Shown one piece after another: positions 1 through 9,092 of a stretch of 16,861 nt of DNA. A program made the translations under genes and the position numbers. Below the pieces are notes generated by a model. The model had not been told where the DNA came from. It worked only from the letters and a program-made list of their open reading frames with translations, and did no database searches. Position 1 is the stretch's first letter. Every line of letters begins with the position of its first letter. Source of the DNA: Promethearchaeota archaeon (GTDB taxonomy: Archaea; Asgardarchaeota; Thorarchaeia; Thorarchaeales; Thorarchaeaceae); contig WJMJ01000030.1 of assembly GCA_014728035.1 (NCBI GenBank), positions 1-16,861 of the forward strand, written 5' to 3'.

Positions 1-129
1 AGAAACGGTACTGGAACTGGCTCGGTCCTGGTCAGGGATCCTGTGTCTTTAGACCAAATCTCTATTCCAGATCACTCCATATAAACTCCTATCAGATCTT
101 GTCCAACAATGTCCAAGTTTTCAGTAGCT
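1..129. repeat. 129-bp direct repeat, left copy
   Basis: Matches 16733..16861 at 128/129 nt (T49 vs G16781). Confidence 0.97.
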
Positions 130-200
130 GATTGCTACCCTCTTCCAATGCATTAATCATTACTTTTGTTAGAACATTGATTTATGCAAGGTGTAGAGTT

Positions 201-1553
201 GTGATAATTAATTCTGACTTGTGTGATCCTAGAAAATGTGATAAAGAATGTGTAAGCGCCTGTCAAAAAATCCATGGCGAACAAGCACCTTTGAGTTTTC
301 AAGAAGGAGATACAAAACTAACATATCATTCCAGATTTTGCACGGAATGTCTTAGTTGCATGCGTGCTTGTAAAAATGAGGCTATTTCTAATAGTGTAAT
401 CCCGAAAAAAACGAAAACATCTTCCACTCCTGCTTACCATATGGATTCGTCATCTCGTTTTTATGAAGTTTCGTCTGATTATACTCAATTTTCAGAGTCC
501 GAGATGATTTTTGCTAGAGTTTACAATGACTCTTCTTTTGACAATTATGGTAATTCCGTCTATTCTGGTGCTGAAGATATGATTCGAAGAGGTATACCAG
601 GATACACACAATGGGAGCATGAGATAACACAAGCAAACTGGACATTATACGACTCTCGCAACTTAGTTCATGTTGCTGATGTTGAGAGGTTTGGAAACCA
701 GCGTGAAGTTACAACAGATGACCCAAAGAAATTGTCAGAATTGGTCAAGCGAGCTGGAAAGTTATTTGGTGGGTCTCTAATTGGCATAGCTCCTCTCGAT
801 CAGCGTTGGGTATATTCTGTTAACCGTGAGAACAAACCATATGATATCCCCCAGTCGCTAAATAGAGCAATTGTGATAGCAATTGAGATGGATTATGATG
901 GTATCGCTACATCTCCTACTTTTGCAGCACAAGCAGCTTCATCAATTGGCTATTCTAAAATGGCTTTTGTTGAGATTCAATTATCCTCTCTAATACGTCG
1001 TATGGGATACACTGCAATAGCTTGTGGAAATGATGTAGCTCTTAGTGTCCCCCTTGCAATCGATGCGGGCCTTGGACAATACGGTCGTCATGGTTTGTTG
1101 ATTACTAAAGAATTTGGGCCAAGAGTTCGGCTTGCTAAGATTTTAACAGACATGCCACTTATTCCTGATTCTCCAGATAGAGGTTTTTGTGAAGCTGTTA
1201 TTCGTTTTTGTGAAACCTGTAAGAAATGTGCAAAGGAGTGTCCGTCCCAGTCAATATCATATGATAAAGAGCGAAAATGGCATGGTAAAACGAAATCAAA
1301 TAATCCTGGGGTAAAGAAATGGTATGTAAATGCAGAAACTTGTTATAATTTCTGGATTCAAAATGGCGGAGAATGCTCGAATTGCATCCGAAGTTGTCCC
1401 TATAATAAACCTAACAACATTCTTCATAGAATGGTTTTATGGATGGTGCGTCACATACCATGGATGAATCGATTGATCATATTGATGGATGACATTGTTG
1501 GTTATGGGCAGCAAATAGATTCGGCCAAGTTCTGGAAGAAACTCAAAGGATAG
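201..1553 (+). CDS. rdhA: Reductive dehalogenase (RdhA family, cobalamin/2x[4Fe-4S]) with extra N-terminal ABCE1/RLI-type Fe-S domain; no TAT signal
   Basis: Motifs AIDAGLGQYGRHGLLITKEFGPRVRLAKILTDMPL, CETCKKCAKECP, NNPGVKKWYV, CxxFW-x6-CSNCIRSCPYNKP. N-terminal Cx4Cx3Cx3Cx25Cx2Cx2Cx3C. Start moved from TTG132 to GTG201 (AGGTGT SD-like at 189-194). Confidence 0.82.
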   Translation: MIINSDLCDPRKCDKECVSACQKIHGEQAPLSFQEGDTKLTYHSRFCTECLSCMRACKNEAISNSVIPKKTKTSSTPAYHMDSSSRFYEVSSDYTQFSESEMIFARVYNDSSFDNYGNSVYSGAEDMIRRGIPGYTQWEHEITQANWTLYDSRNLVHVADVERFGNQREVTTDDPKKLSELVKRAGKLFGGSLIGIAPLDQRWVYSVNRENKPYDIPQSLNRAIVIAIEMDYDGIATSPTFAAQAASSIGYSKMAFVEIQLSSLIRRMGYTAIACGNDVALSVPLAIDAGLGQYGRHGLLITKEFGPRVRLAKILTDMPLIPDSPDRGFCEAVIRFCETCKKCAKECPSQSISYDKERKWHGKTKSNNPGVKKWYVNAETCYNFWIQNGGECSNCIRSCPYNKPNNILHRMVLWMVRHIPWMNRLIILMDDIVGYGQQIDSAKFWKKLKG

Positions 1554-1666
1554 TCTTGCCTTATCATAACTCGGTACTAAAGAGAATGAAATAATAGGAG
1601 TCACAAATCCATAGAGTTAATTGACCAGCAAAAAACAATAGGATGTGCATTTGGAGTATCAGCAAA

Positions 1667-3433
1667 ATGCCCGAAGAATCCAATACAAGTGGTATTTTTA
1701 CATTTGACAGTATACTTCAATTAGATGATATTCCAGCTGCTATTGTAATTATTGATGAAGAATTATCTGTCATCAACATGAATCGATACGCTAGAGATAT
1801 CTTTCAGTTTTCTACAAGTGAGAATCTCCCATCTCTGACTCTTCTTGATTTGATAGAAGCCCAGTATCACTCATCTATACGTGAGATGTTGAAGGATCTT
1901 AAAACAATAGACTCTGTTTTAGAATCACACCTCGTTCTAAATAATTCTGATAATACTTCTGCTAATATAAGAATCAGAAAACAAACTGAGAATAATGATA
2001 ATATTATCTATCATGCTGTGATTGAAATCCAACAAGCCCCATCAATTGAATCTTTAGGAGAGATTTTAGGTGCGATAATTGATTACTCGCACAATGGGAC
2101 TATAGTTCTCGATTCATATGGCAAGATTGAATACATTAACAAGAGGGCAGTAGAGGTCTTTGACCGCCCAGCAAACAAGACAATAGGTCATATGTTTTCG
2201 GAATTCGTTCCTAAAGACCAAACTGCTTTCTTAGAACAATTGCTAGGGACGACCCCTAATCAAGATGATATCTCCTCATCCCATCATCTTCAAATTTTCA
2301 CACCCACTGGTGATTTGAAGACAATTCATCTTAATCTCGAAATAGTACGAATTAGTGATGGCTCTCAAAAGACCGTAGTACATTTTCTAGATGTGACCAA
2401 TCAAGAAAGAGAGCTTGAAGCTTTGGGTGAAACAGAATCTCGCTATCGGATGCTTGTAGAAACTATGAACGATGGATTGGTTATTGACAATACTGATGGC
2501 GTTCTGGTATATACCAACAAGGCATTCTGCGAAATGATTGGATATGAACAGGATGAGATTGTAGGAAAACGTTGGACTCACTTCACACTTGATATGAGTG
2601 ATGAGGAAGCAGAGAAAAAACATCAAGATCGCGTTCAAGGAATTTCAGAACATTATGAACTTCAATGGACCGGGAAGAATGGTGAAGTAGTTCATTCTGT
2701 AGTATCAGCTATGCCAATTTTCGACTTGCACAATGAATTCCAAGGTACATTTGCTGTAGTAACAGATATCACAAAACAGAAAAATGCCGAAGAAACAATA
2801 CAATTCTATCTCGATTTACTATCTCATGATATCACAAATCAGCTACAAATTATAATTACTTCAGCTGGATTGTTAGACTCTGAACTTCCAGCATCATACA
2901 TTGATGATGCACGGAATGATATTCTTGATGCATCTCAGAGATGTAATCGATTAATTACTAAAGTTAAACGTGCAAGCCAAATATCATCACTTCCAAATAC
3001 CCCGATTGATCTAGTTGAAGTAATTGAAGAGAAGATTGCTGTTCTAAAACGCGTGTATAATGCCACTGTGCATTTTGAATCTCCTACTGATTCCATTATT
3101 ATAGAGGCAGACAATCTTGTGGGTGAACTGATTTGGAATCTTTTTGAAAATGCAGCACGACACAATCCAAAGGAAAAGAAGCAAATTTGGGTTTATTGTG
3201 AAATTGAAGATGATATTGTGAATCTAGTGATTGCTGATGATGGTCCGGGAATCAGTGATGCAAGAAAGAAGACTGTCTTTGATAAAACTCGGCGTTATGG
3301 TGGGGTTGGGTTAACTCTTGTAGATTCGATGGTTAGGAAGTATGGAGGTAGTATATCTGTATATGATAGAATCCCTGATAACCCCAGTCAAGGAGCAAAA
3401 TTTGTTGTGACTCTCAATCTTATCAAGAACTGA
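1667..3433 (+). CDS. Soluble multi-PAS sensor histidine kinase
   Basis: About three PAS-like segments; H-box LLSHDITNQL, N-box NLFENAARHN, G1 IADDGPGI, G2 GGVGLTLV; no TM helix. Start ATG1667 or ATG1643. Confidence 0.9.
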   Translation: MPEESNTSGIFTFDSILQLDDIPAAIVIIDEELSVINMNRYARDIFQFSTSENLPSLTLLDLIEAQYHSSIREMLKDLKTIDSVLESHLVLNNSDNTSANIRIRKQTENNDNIIYHAVIEIQQAPSIESLGEILGAIIDYSHNGTIVLDSYGKIEYINKRAVEVFDRPANKTIGHMFSEFVPKDQTAFLEQLLGTTPNQDDISSSHHLQIFTPTGDLKTIHLNLEIVRISDGSQKTVVHFLDVTNQERELEALGETESRYRMLVETMNDGLVIDNTDGVLVYTNKAFCEMIGYEQDEIVGKRWTHFTLDMSDEEAEKKHQDRVQGISEHYELQWTGKNGEVVHSVVSAMPIFDLHNEFQGTFAVVTDITKQKNAEETIQFYLDLLSHDITNQLQIIITSAGLLDSELPASYIDDARNDILDASQRCNRLITKVKRASQISSLPNTPIDLVEVIEEKIAVLKRVYNATVHFESPTDSIIIEADNLVGELIWNLFENAARHNPKEKKQIWVYCEIEDDIVNLVIADDGPGISDARKKTVFDKTRRYGGVGLTLVDSMVRKYGGSISVYDRIPDNPSQGAKFVVTLNLIKN

Positions 3434-3467
3434 GGGGGAAGATTGGTCCCACAATCTCACCCACTCA
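3431..3467. terminator. Imperfect hairpin between convergent genes
   Basis: TGAG-GGG..AGATTG-(GTCCCA)-CAATCT..CCC-A-CTCA beginning at the kinase stop codon. Confidence 0.4.
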
Positions 3468-3487
3468 TCTCGAAATTGGTTGAAAAA

Positions 3488-3790
3488 TTAGCTAGCTCTT
3501 TCCTGTATTCTAGAATAAAGGCTCTCATAGAAATCTTTCTTCTTGATTTTATCCTTATTAATCGTGAAGAAATTCGTATCTATTCGATAGAGTTTTCTTT
3601 TCATTTTTGCGTATTCGGAGATTCCCTTTTCAACCAATGACTCATGTAACACTTCGGTTACAGCTTCAGGAAAATTATCGATGTATTGACATCTCTTAAC
3701 CTGAATGTGGAAAAGTGTGCTTTTAAGAATCTCATCACGTGATATTTTCAACGACTCCATAATGGTCCCCACTCCATGAATACGTACCAT
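3488..3790 (-). CDS. Hypothetical basic protein (100 aa)
   Basis: ATG-started ORF filling the gap between two + strand genes; no recognisable motif. Confidence 0.6.
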   Translation of the reverse strand: MVRIHGVGTIMESLKISRDEILKSTLFHIQVKRCQYIDNFPEAVTEVLHESLVEKGISEYAKMKRKLYRIDTNFFTINKDKIKKKDFYESLYSRIQERAS

Positions 3791-3890
3791 TATAATTAAA
3801 GGTTCTAGAAAACCTCTTCGATTATTTCACAATAGACTCTTTAGGAGGAATTCGTACTGATTTTTCAATTGTTGATAAAGGAGAAGCATC

Positions 3891-4466
3891 ATGGAATCAG
3901 AAATTACTGATGATATGCTTAAACTATTGTATATCATACACGAGTACACCAAGCAAAAAAATGAAAAAACGGATCCAATATGGATTAAGGAATTGCCTCT
4001 TGCCACCCTTATTTACAAAGGAACTGTTTCCGGTCTATTTGAAACATATGACTACGCTCCTTGGAGTGTGCAAATGCTTGATGGAACTCGTCAGTGGCTG
4101 AACATAAGTCGTGAAGCAAAAGACGACTTGCAAGATCTTCTGAGACTTGGACTACTTTTCATTCTTCGTCTTAGTACTGGTAGTTACGGGTATATTACAG
4201 CATATCGCGTAACTTCAGCTGGGAATAACAGACTGTCCTACATGATGCCTGAAATGAAAGAATCTGTTCGTAAGCTACTTTATTGTGACTCAAAACATCT
4301 GAAGCTTGTGGAGATTAAGAATCGCCAGTTCTATCTATTCTGTCCTGAATGTGATTGGCGAGAAAAAGTAGCTATTGATGAATTAGAGGATATCCCATAC
4401 AAGTCTAAAGCATATCTTCCAAGATACCTTGGAGTTGGTGATTTTTCAGGAGGCGCTTCAAAATGA
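3891..4466 (+). CDS. Winged-helix-like protein with C-terminal Zn ribbon
   Basis: DLQDLLRLGLL...YRVTSAG is a typical wHTH recognition helix/wing ending; CDSKH...CPEC putative Zn ligands; AAGGAG SD upstream; ATGA overlap with next gene. Confidence 0.7.
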   Translation: MESEITDDMLKLLYIIHEYTKQKNEKTDPIWIKELPLATLIYKGTVSGLFETYDYAPWSVQMLDGTRQWLNISREAKDDLQDLLRLGLLFILRLSTGSYGYITAYRVTSAGNNRLSYMMPEMKESVRKLLYCDSKHLKLVEIKNRQFYLFCPECDWREKVAIDELEDIPYKSKAYLPRYLGVGDFSGGASK

Positions 4467-6196
4467 GCCAAGGGAATATTCGTGATGATTTGACAGAATC
4501 AATGATTTTGAAAGACATCCGTATACTACTTAGTGAGTATATTCCTTGTGATCGGAATATCTTGGAAGACATTGGCAATAAACTGATGTCTACTCGTCAC
4601 GAACATGGGGAATTTGTGACAATGCTTGTTGATAAATTTCCAGAGAGTACGACCTTCACTAGTGAATCCGAGATTAATTTCGTTCGTGTTATTGATGCTT
4701 GTAGTTCTGAATATATTGCGAGTGAGATTAAGATACAAGATCCAGAGGATGACGTTTCTATTGAACAGGAAGAAACAGTTGGGATGTATATCAGTCATGA
4801 TGGGCATGTGGTCTATGGAGCAGAATTATTCGAATCATGCGGTAACTCTACTAATCACGATGGAATATCAATAGATAAGATGTGTCGTGTTGTAACTGAC
4901 CTGATTTATGACAGCTCTCTGATGATGGACACATTGTTAACCCACCACCAGAGAAGACTTATGGATTGTATATACAAAGGTGAATCTAGAAGTAGGTACA
5001 AATTTGTTGGGATTCTGGCCGATTCGATTACTCCTGAATTTAGTGATATGGATGAGTATATGGATGGTGAGGAGTTTCAAAATGAGCTGGAACAATTATT
5101 AGATAACCTAGTTGCGTCACACCGTTTAGAAGATGGAACCATCCTATTCTTGGGAGATGCTGGGTTGATTGTAGTTTCAAAGAACTGGAGTCAATACGAG
5201 TCCTTGGTATCTTTTTATGCACTTGTAAGAAGTGCTGAGATTTTCGTAGACGGTCTCTATCATAGAATGTCTCTTCTTTGGGATGAATTATCACATGTTC
5301 GAAAACTAATTGAACAGACTGCTAGTGGTGACCATTCTGTCATAACACGTGCACAGAACATACTAACTGATGCTTCTGCTAACTTCACAATTATCCAATC
5401 GATTGGCGCTTACCTAAAAAGAGGGTTTGCTTTACTGAAGGAAAAATGGCTAAGAGAAGGTGAAAAAATTGATTCTGAAGCCAAATCTATCCTACATTTT
5501 GAAGAAACTTTCAATCGTTTATTGAATCGAATTAAAGATACAGATATTGATTTGCATAGTCTGTCAAGCGAAGTTGAGGGTTTGCAGACATTGTTATCCA
5601 CACAGATTGAACAACAGATGAGAAGAGTATATAGTGCTTTGAGGGATAACACTCAGAGTACCAGTGAGGTAATCCGAGCCAGCGAAAGAACAGGGAATGT
5701 GTTGAATGTTATCGAGCTGATTCTATCTGGAACAATTGCTTTTGATATTGTATTAGCAATTACTGGCGAATATTCTACAGAATTCCACTTATTCCCGGAA
5801 AGCAACCCATTGGTCTTTTTCGCTCTTGCTATCAGCCTTTGGACTGGTATCGTCATAGTTTTGAAGAAAGGAATGGATTGGCTTGAATCCAAGGTTGAGA
5901 AGAGTCATTTAGTAAGAGTCACATTGAATCAGAAATGTGAAGTTACTGCACTTGAGCAATACCTGTCAAGTAAGGAAATCATATCTATAGATGAGGAGTA
6001 TCAAGATGACTCTGAAGATGTACGAGTTCACTATATAATGCCCTCTACTTCTGATGAAGAGATTAAAGTGACTCTATACTACGACCGAAGAAACGGTATC
6101 ATTCATGATTTGACTATAGAGGCATCGTCAGCCAATATTGCTGATGCAAAGAAAAACATTCTCGAGGAAATCGAGTCTTGCTTTATGAGCACATAG
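4463..6196 (+). CDS. Membrane protein with large soluble N-domain, long helical stalk, 2 TM helices (CorA/Mrs2-like topology, no GMN) and C-terminal soluble domain
   Basis: Hydrophobic segments VLNVIELILSGTIAFDIVLAIT and LVFFALAISLWTGIVIVL separated by a loop containing FPES and followed by KKGMDWL; AGGAGG SD at 4448-4453. Confidence 0.65.
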   Translation: MSQGNIRDDLTESMILKDIRILLSEYIPCDRNILEDIGNKLMSTRHEHGEFVTMLVDKFPESTTFTSESEINFVRVIDACSSEYIASEIKIQDPEDDVSIEQEETVGMYISHDGHVVYGAELFESCGNSTNHDGISIDKMCRVVTDLIYDSSLMMDTLLTHHQRRLMDCIYKGESRSRYKFVGILADSITPEFSDMDEYMDGEEFQNELEQLLDNLVASHRLEDGTILFLGDAGLIVVSKNWSQYESLVSFYALVRSAEIFVDGLYHRMSLLWDELSHVRKLIEQTASGDHSVITRAQNILTDASANFTIIQSIGAYLKRGFALLKEKWLREGEKIDSEAKSILHFEETFNRLLNRIKDTDIDLHSLSSEVEGLQTLLSTQIEQQMRRVYSALRDNTQSTSEVIRASERTGNVLNVIELILSGTIAFDIVLAITGEYSTEFHLFPESNPLVFFALAISLWTGIVIVLKKGMDWLESKVEKSHLVRVTLNQKCEVTALEQYLSSKEIISIDEEYQDDSEDVRVHYIMPSTSDEEIKVTLYYDRRNGIIHDLTIEASSANIADAKKNILEEIESCFMST

Positions 6197-6205
6197 TGAT
6201 AAAGC

Positions 6206-6241
6206 AACCGTACCGTTGGGGCTATATCTGACGGTATGGTT
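6206..6241 (+). promoter_or_regulatory. 15-bp intergenic RNA hairpin
   Basis: 6206-6220 pairs with 6227-6241 (11 WC + 4 G-U on + strand), loop GCTATA. Confidence 0.55.
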
Positions 6242-6265
6242 CTATCTACATGAGGTGTTGGTCTG

Positions 6266-6961
6266 ATGAGGATTGGTTCTATTATCGACATTAGCTTGGT
6301 TGATGTACCTGGTATTCCTGTTTCAGTTATCTTCACAGGCGGATGTAATTTTAATTGTCCTTACTGTCAAAATGCTGATTTGATTTCACTTGATTCTGGC
6401 ACTGAAGTCAGTATTTCTGAGATCATTGAACGTGTTAGTGGGCATTTTGTGGATGGTTATTGTATAACTGGAGGTGAACCCACACTCCAAAAGGAATTAC
6501 CCGAATTACTGAAAGACTTGAGAAATTCTTCTGATGGACATATTAATCTAAACACACAAGGATCCGTTCCTGATGTTCTTAGGCAATGTGTTCCTTATCT
6601 TGATTCGGTTTGGTTCGACATCAAAACATCACCTTCGAAATATCTCACTATATCAAGAACAAAGGACAATCCTTGGAAACGAGTTGAAAATAGCATCAAG
6701 TATCTCCTGAAATCATCGGTTTCCTTTTGGCCGAGAACAACTTATGTTGGGAAACTTATGACTCCAAACGATATCCTATCTATTGCAGATAAACTAGCAT
6801 CCCTTGGATATTCTGGCAAGTATACGGTTCAAAATTATATTGCATCTTCAGGAGTGCGGGAAAATGAGAAGGAGTTTTTATCTTCACCTGATCGTTCCGA
6901 AATAGATGAAATTGCGGATTTGATTCCTCCTCAACTATCTCTCAATCTTGAATGGCGATAA
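6266..6961 (+). CDS. Radical SAM glycyl-radical activating enzyme (anaerobic ribonucleotide reductase activase, NrdG-like)
   Basis: SLVDVPG..VIFTGGCNFNCPYCQN (CxxxCxxC), ITGGEPTLQ, LNTQGS, FDIKT, RTT. Confidence 0.85.
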   Translation: MRIGSIIDISLVDVPGIPVSVIFTGGCNFNCPYCQNADLISLDSGTEVSISEIIERVSGHFVDGYCITGGEPTLQKELPELLKDLRNSSDGHINLNTQGSVPDVLRQCVPYLDSVWFDIKTSPSKYLTISRTKDNPWKRVENSIKYLLKSSVSFWPRTTYVGKLMTPNDILSIADKLASLGYSGKYTVQNYIASSGVRENEKEFLSSPDRSEIDEIADLIPPQLSLNLEWR

Positions 6962-7066
6962 TTCCTTTTCTTATAACAAACACACAGACAACCTTAAAAA
7001 TGCCGCATCCATTTTGATTTCTGATTGACTCTTAAGAAAGTCAACCAAATGGAGTGTCTACAAAGC

Positions 7067-7801
7067 ATGTTTTCTTCACAGAGTACAGGATATGACAAGT
7101 ACAGCTCGATGTTCTCCCCGGAAGGACGCCTCTATCAGGTCGAATACGCTATGGAAGCTGTTCGCTATGGTCCTCTTGCTGTTGGAGTAGTAGCAGTTGA
7201 TGGTGTTGTTCTAGCTGGTGAGAAACGTTCTCAGAATACACTCGTTGATTTGGACACTCTCAAGAAGGTTCTACTAGTAGACGATCACATCGGTACTGCA
7301 ATTGCTGGTCTACATGCTGATGCTCGGACACTTATCAAACTAGCTCGACAAAGATCACAGATATTTCGCTTAAATTATGACGAAGAAGCTCCAGTAAGAA
7401 GTATCGTTGTTGATATCTGTGATAGAAAGCATTTCCATACAGTTCATCCTAGTCTTCGTCCATTTGGTGTATCTCTTTTAATTGGTGGTTTTGATTCAGA
7501 GGGTCCTCAGCTTTACTCAACCGATCCTTCTGGTTCATATTGGGGTTGGAAAGCTACTGCAATTGGAAAAGATGCAGATATAGTTCGTGATTTCTTTAAG
7601 GATAATTATGACTCTACTATCGATGTAGATGGAGCCATTAAACTTGCAATTCAAGGTCTGGAAAAAGTAACCTCTGATGATGAGTCTACAGATTTAGCTG
7701 TGAAAGCAAAACTCATGGAAATTGGAAAAATCAATGAAGCAGATCGAAAATTCAAGATTCTTGAAGACTCTGAGGTTGAAGGAATTTTAGAAACCCTATA
7801 A
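7067..7801 (+). CDS. psmA: Proteasome alpha subunit (divergent)
   Basis: GYDKYSSMFSPEGRLYQVEYAMEAV, DGVVLAGEKR, AGLHADAR, RPFGVSLLIGG, LYSTDPSGSYWGWKATAIG. Start likely ATG7067. Confidence 0.95.
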   Translation: MFSSQSTGYDKYSSMFSPEGRLYQVEYAMEAVRYGPLAVGVVAVDGVVLAGEKRSQNTLVDLDTLKKVLLVDDHIGTAIAGLHADARTLIKLARQRSQIFRLNYDEEAPVRSIVVDICDRKHFHTVHPSLRPFGVSLLIGGFDSEGPQLYSTDPSGSYWGWKATAIGKDADIVRDFFKDNYDSTIDVDGAIKLAIQGLEKVTSDDESTDLAVKAKLMEIGKINEADRKFKILEDSEVEGILETL

Positions 7802-7825
7802 TCTTCGTCTATAATTAAGTGACCA

Positions 7826-8119
7826 CTACACTTCGAGGAAACAATCTTTGTGAAGATACCTGTTCAGTGCAGTACTTAGTGAATCCATATCCGGAATTCC
7901 AGTTAGAATTGTGTCACAGATACTTATTGTTGGTATAGCTAGATTTCCGTTCTGAATTGCATACTCTGAAGTTTTATCAATGTCTAACTCCATGTAGGTT
8001 ATTCCAGTGAAACCAGTATTTTCAATTGCATGGATTAAGAGTTCTCTAGCTACGTCACAGAAATAGCACTCCTCAGTTCGATATAGACATATGCAGGCCT
8101 TTTTCCCACAAGCAGTCAT
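7826..8119 (-). CDS. Small thioredoxin/glutaredoxin-fold protein
   Basis: CYFC active-site motif, ELDID, AIPTI cis-Pro motif, LTGIP. Start ATG8119 (or TTG8146). Confidence 0.75.
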   Translation of the reverse strand: MTACGKKACICLYRTEECYFCDVARELLIHAIENTGFTGITYMELDIDKTSEYAIQNGNLAIPTISICDTILTGIPDMDSLSTALNRYLHKDCFLEV

Positions 8120-8207
8120 AGTTCCTGTTTCCCTCGTAATTTCCAATAATGGGTTGATGTATGTCGCCGCATTTCATCTCTTAATAAGATGATAGATACA
8201 TGCATCA

Positions 8208-9092
8208 CTACTTTCGACATTTTTCAATGAAATGATCTATTATCATCGAGGCAACATCTAACTCGGTTACTCGAGATAGTGCACTCCACGAAGGGGATGC
8301 ATTTGCCTCAAGAACACAAGGTCCGTTTTTCGATTCAATGATATCAACTCCAGTATAATCAAGGTTCAATGCTTCAGCAGTTTTTATAGCACATTCTTCA
8401 TATTCCGGTTCCAATTTTGCTAGCTCAGCTTTTCCTCCACCATGTACATTTGTTCGCCATTCTTCTTTGTTCTCTTCTGGAAGATATCTGTACATAGCTC
8501 CAACAAGTTGTCCACCAATTACAAAAGCACGAATGTCACGATCTGGTTTCTCAATCATCTCTTGGACATATAATACCTGCCCGAGCTGATGGATGAATTT
8601 CATTGCACGATATGTTAACTCTGGCATTCCAGCTCGTATAGCTCCCAATCCGCGAGAACCAATAAGGGGTTTTATGACAACGTCACCTGTTTCTTCAACA
8701 AACTCCATCGCGGCTTCAAGATTCTCTCCCACATAGGTTTTTGGAACATATATTCCCGCTTTATGTAATGCAGTAAGGGTGGCATACTTATCCTTAGCAC
8801 GGCGGAAAGAATATGCTGGATTCATGACATAGACTCCAGCATCCTCGAACTGTTCAAGAACACTTATCCTGAAGGTGATTTGATCTCCTGTCCCAAAGCC
8901 AATCGTTCTTACAATAAGTCCTGCAATCTCCGAAATGTCTTCATCTAGGTGAATGAATTTGTGGGGGATTTCTGCACCAAGGTCTGCTAATCTTATTGGT
9001 CTGACATCATGACCTTTAGCTTGTATTGCCTCAATAAGACTCTTAGTTGCCCAATTGTTTACATTTTCGTGATAGGAGATTGAAAATAACAT
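8208..9092 (-). CDS. RimK/CofF/MptN-family ATP-grasp alpha-L-glutamate ligase
   Basis: VMNP..AKDKY, VPKT, VVIKPLIGSRGLG, YVQEMI, DIRAFVIG, WRTNVHGGG, TGVDII, LEANASPSW. Confidence 0.9.
   Translation of the reverse strand: MLFSISYHENVNNWATKSLIEAIQAKGHDVRPIRLADLGAEIPHKFIHLDEDISEIAGLIVRTIGFGTGDQITFRISVLEQFEDAGVYVMNPAYSFRRAKDKYATLTALHKAGIYVPKTYVGENLEAAMEFVEETGDVVIKPLIGSRGLGAIRAGMPELTYRAMKFIHQLGQVLYVQEMIEKPDRDIRAFVIGGQLVGAMYRYLPEENKEEWRTNVHGGGKAELAKLEPEYEECAIKTAEALNLDYTGVDIIESKNGPCVLEANASPSWSALSRVTELDVASMIIDHFIEKCRK

Noticed and set aside
4441-4466. Possible -1 frameshift at TTTTT fusing the wHTH and membrane protein genes
   Set aside because: No canonical X XXY YYZ heptamer; a strong SD and ATGA overlap explain independent initiation.
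8147-8207. In-frame TGA (8174-8176) upstream of the thioredoxin-like ORF
   Set aside because: No start codon between it and the upstream RimK gene and no Sec-type motif.
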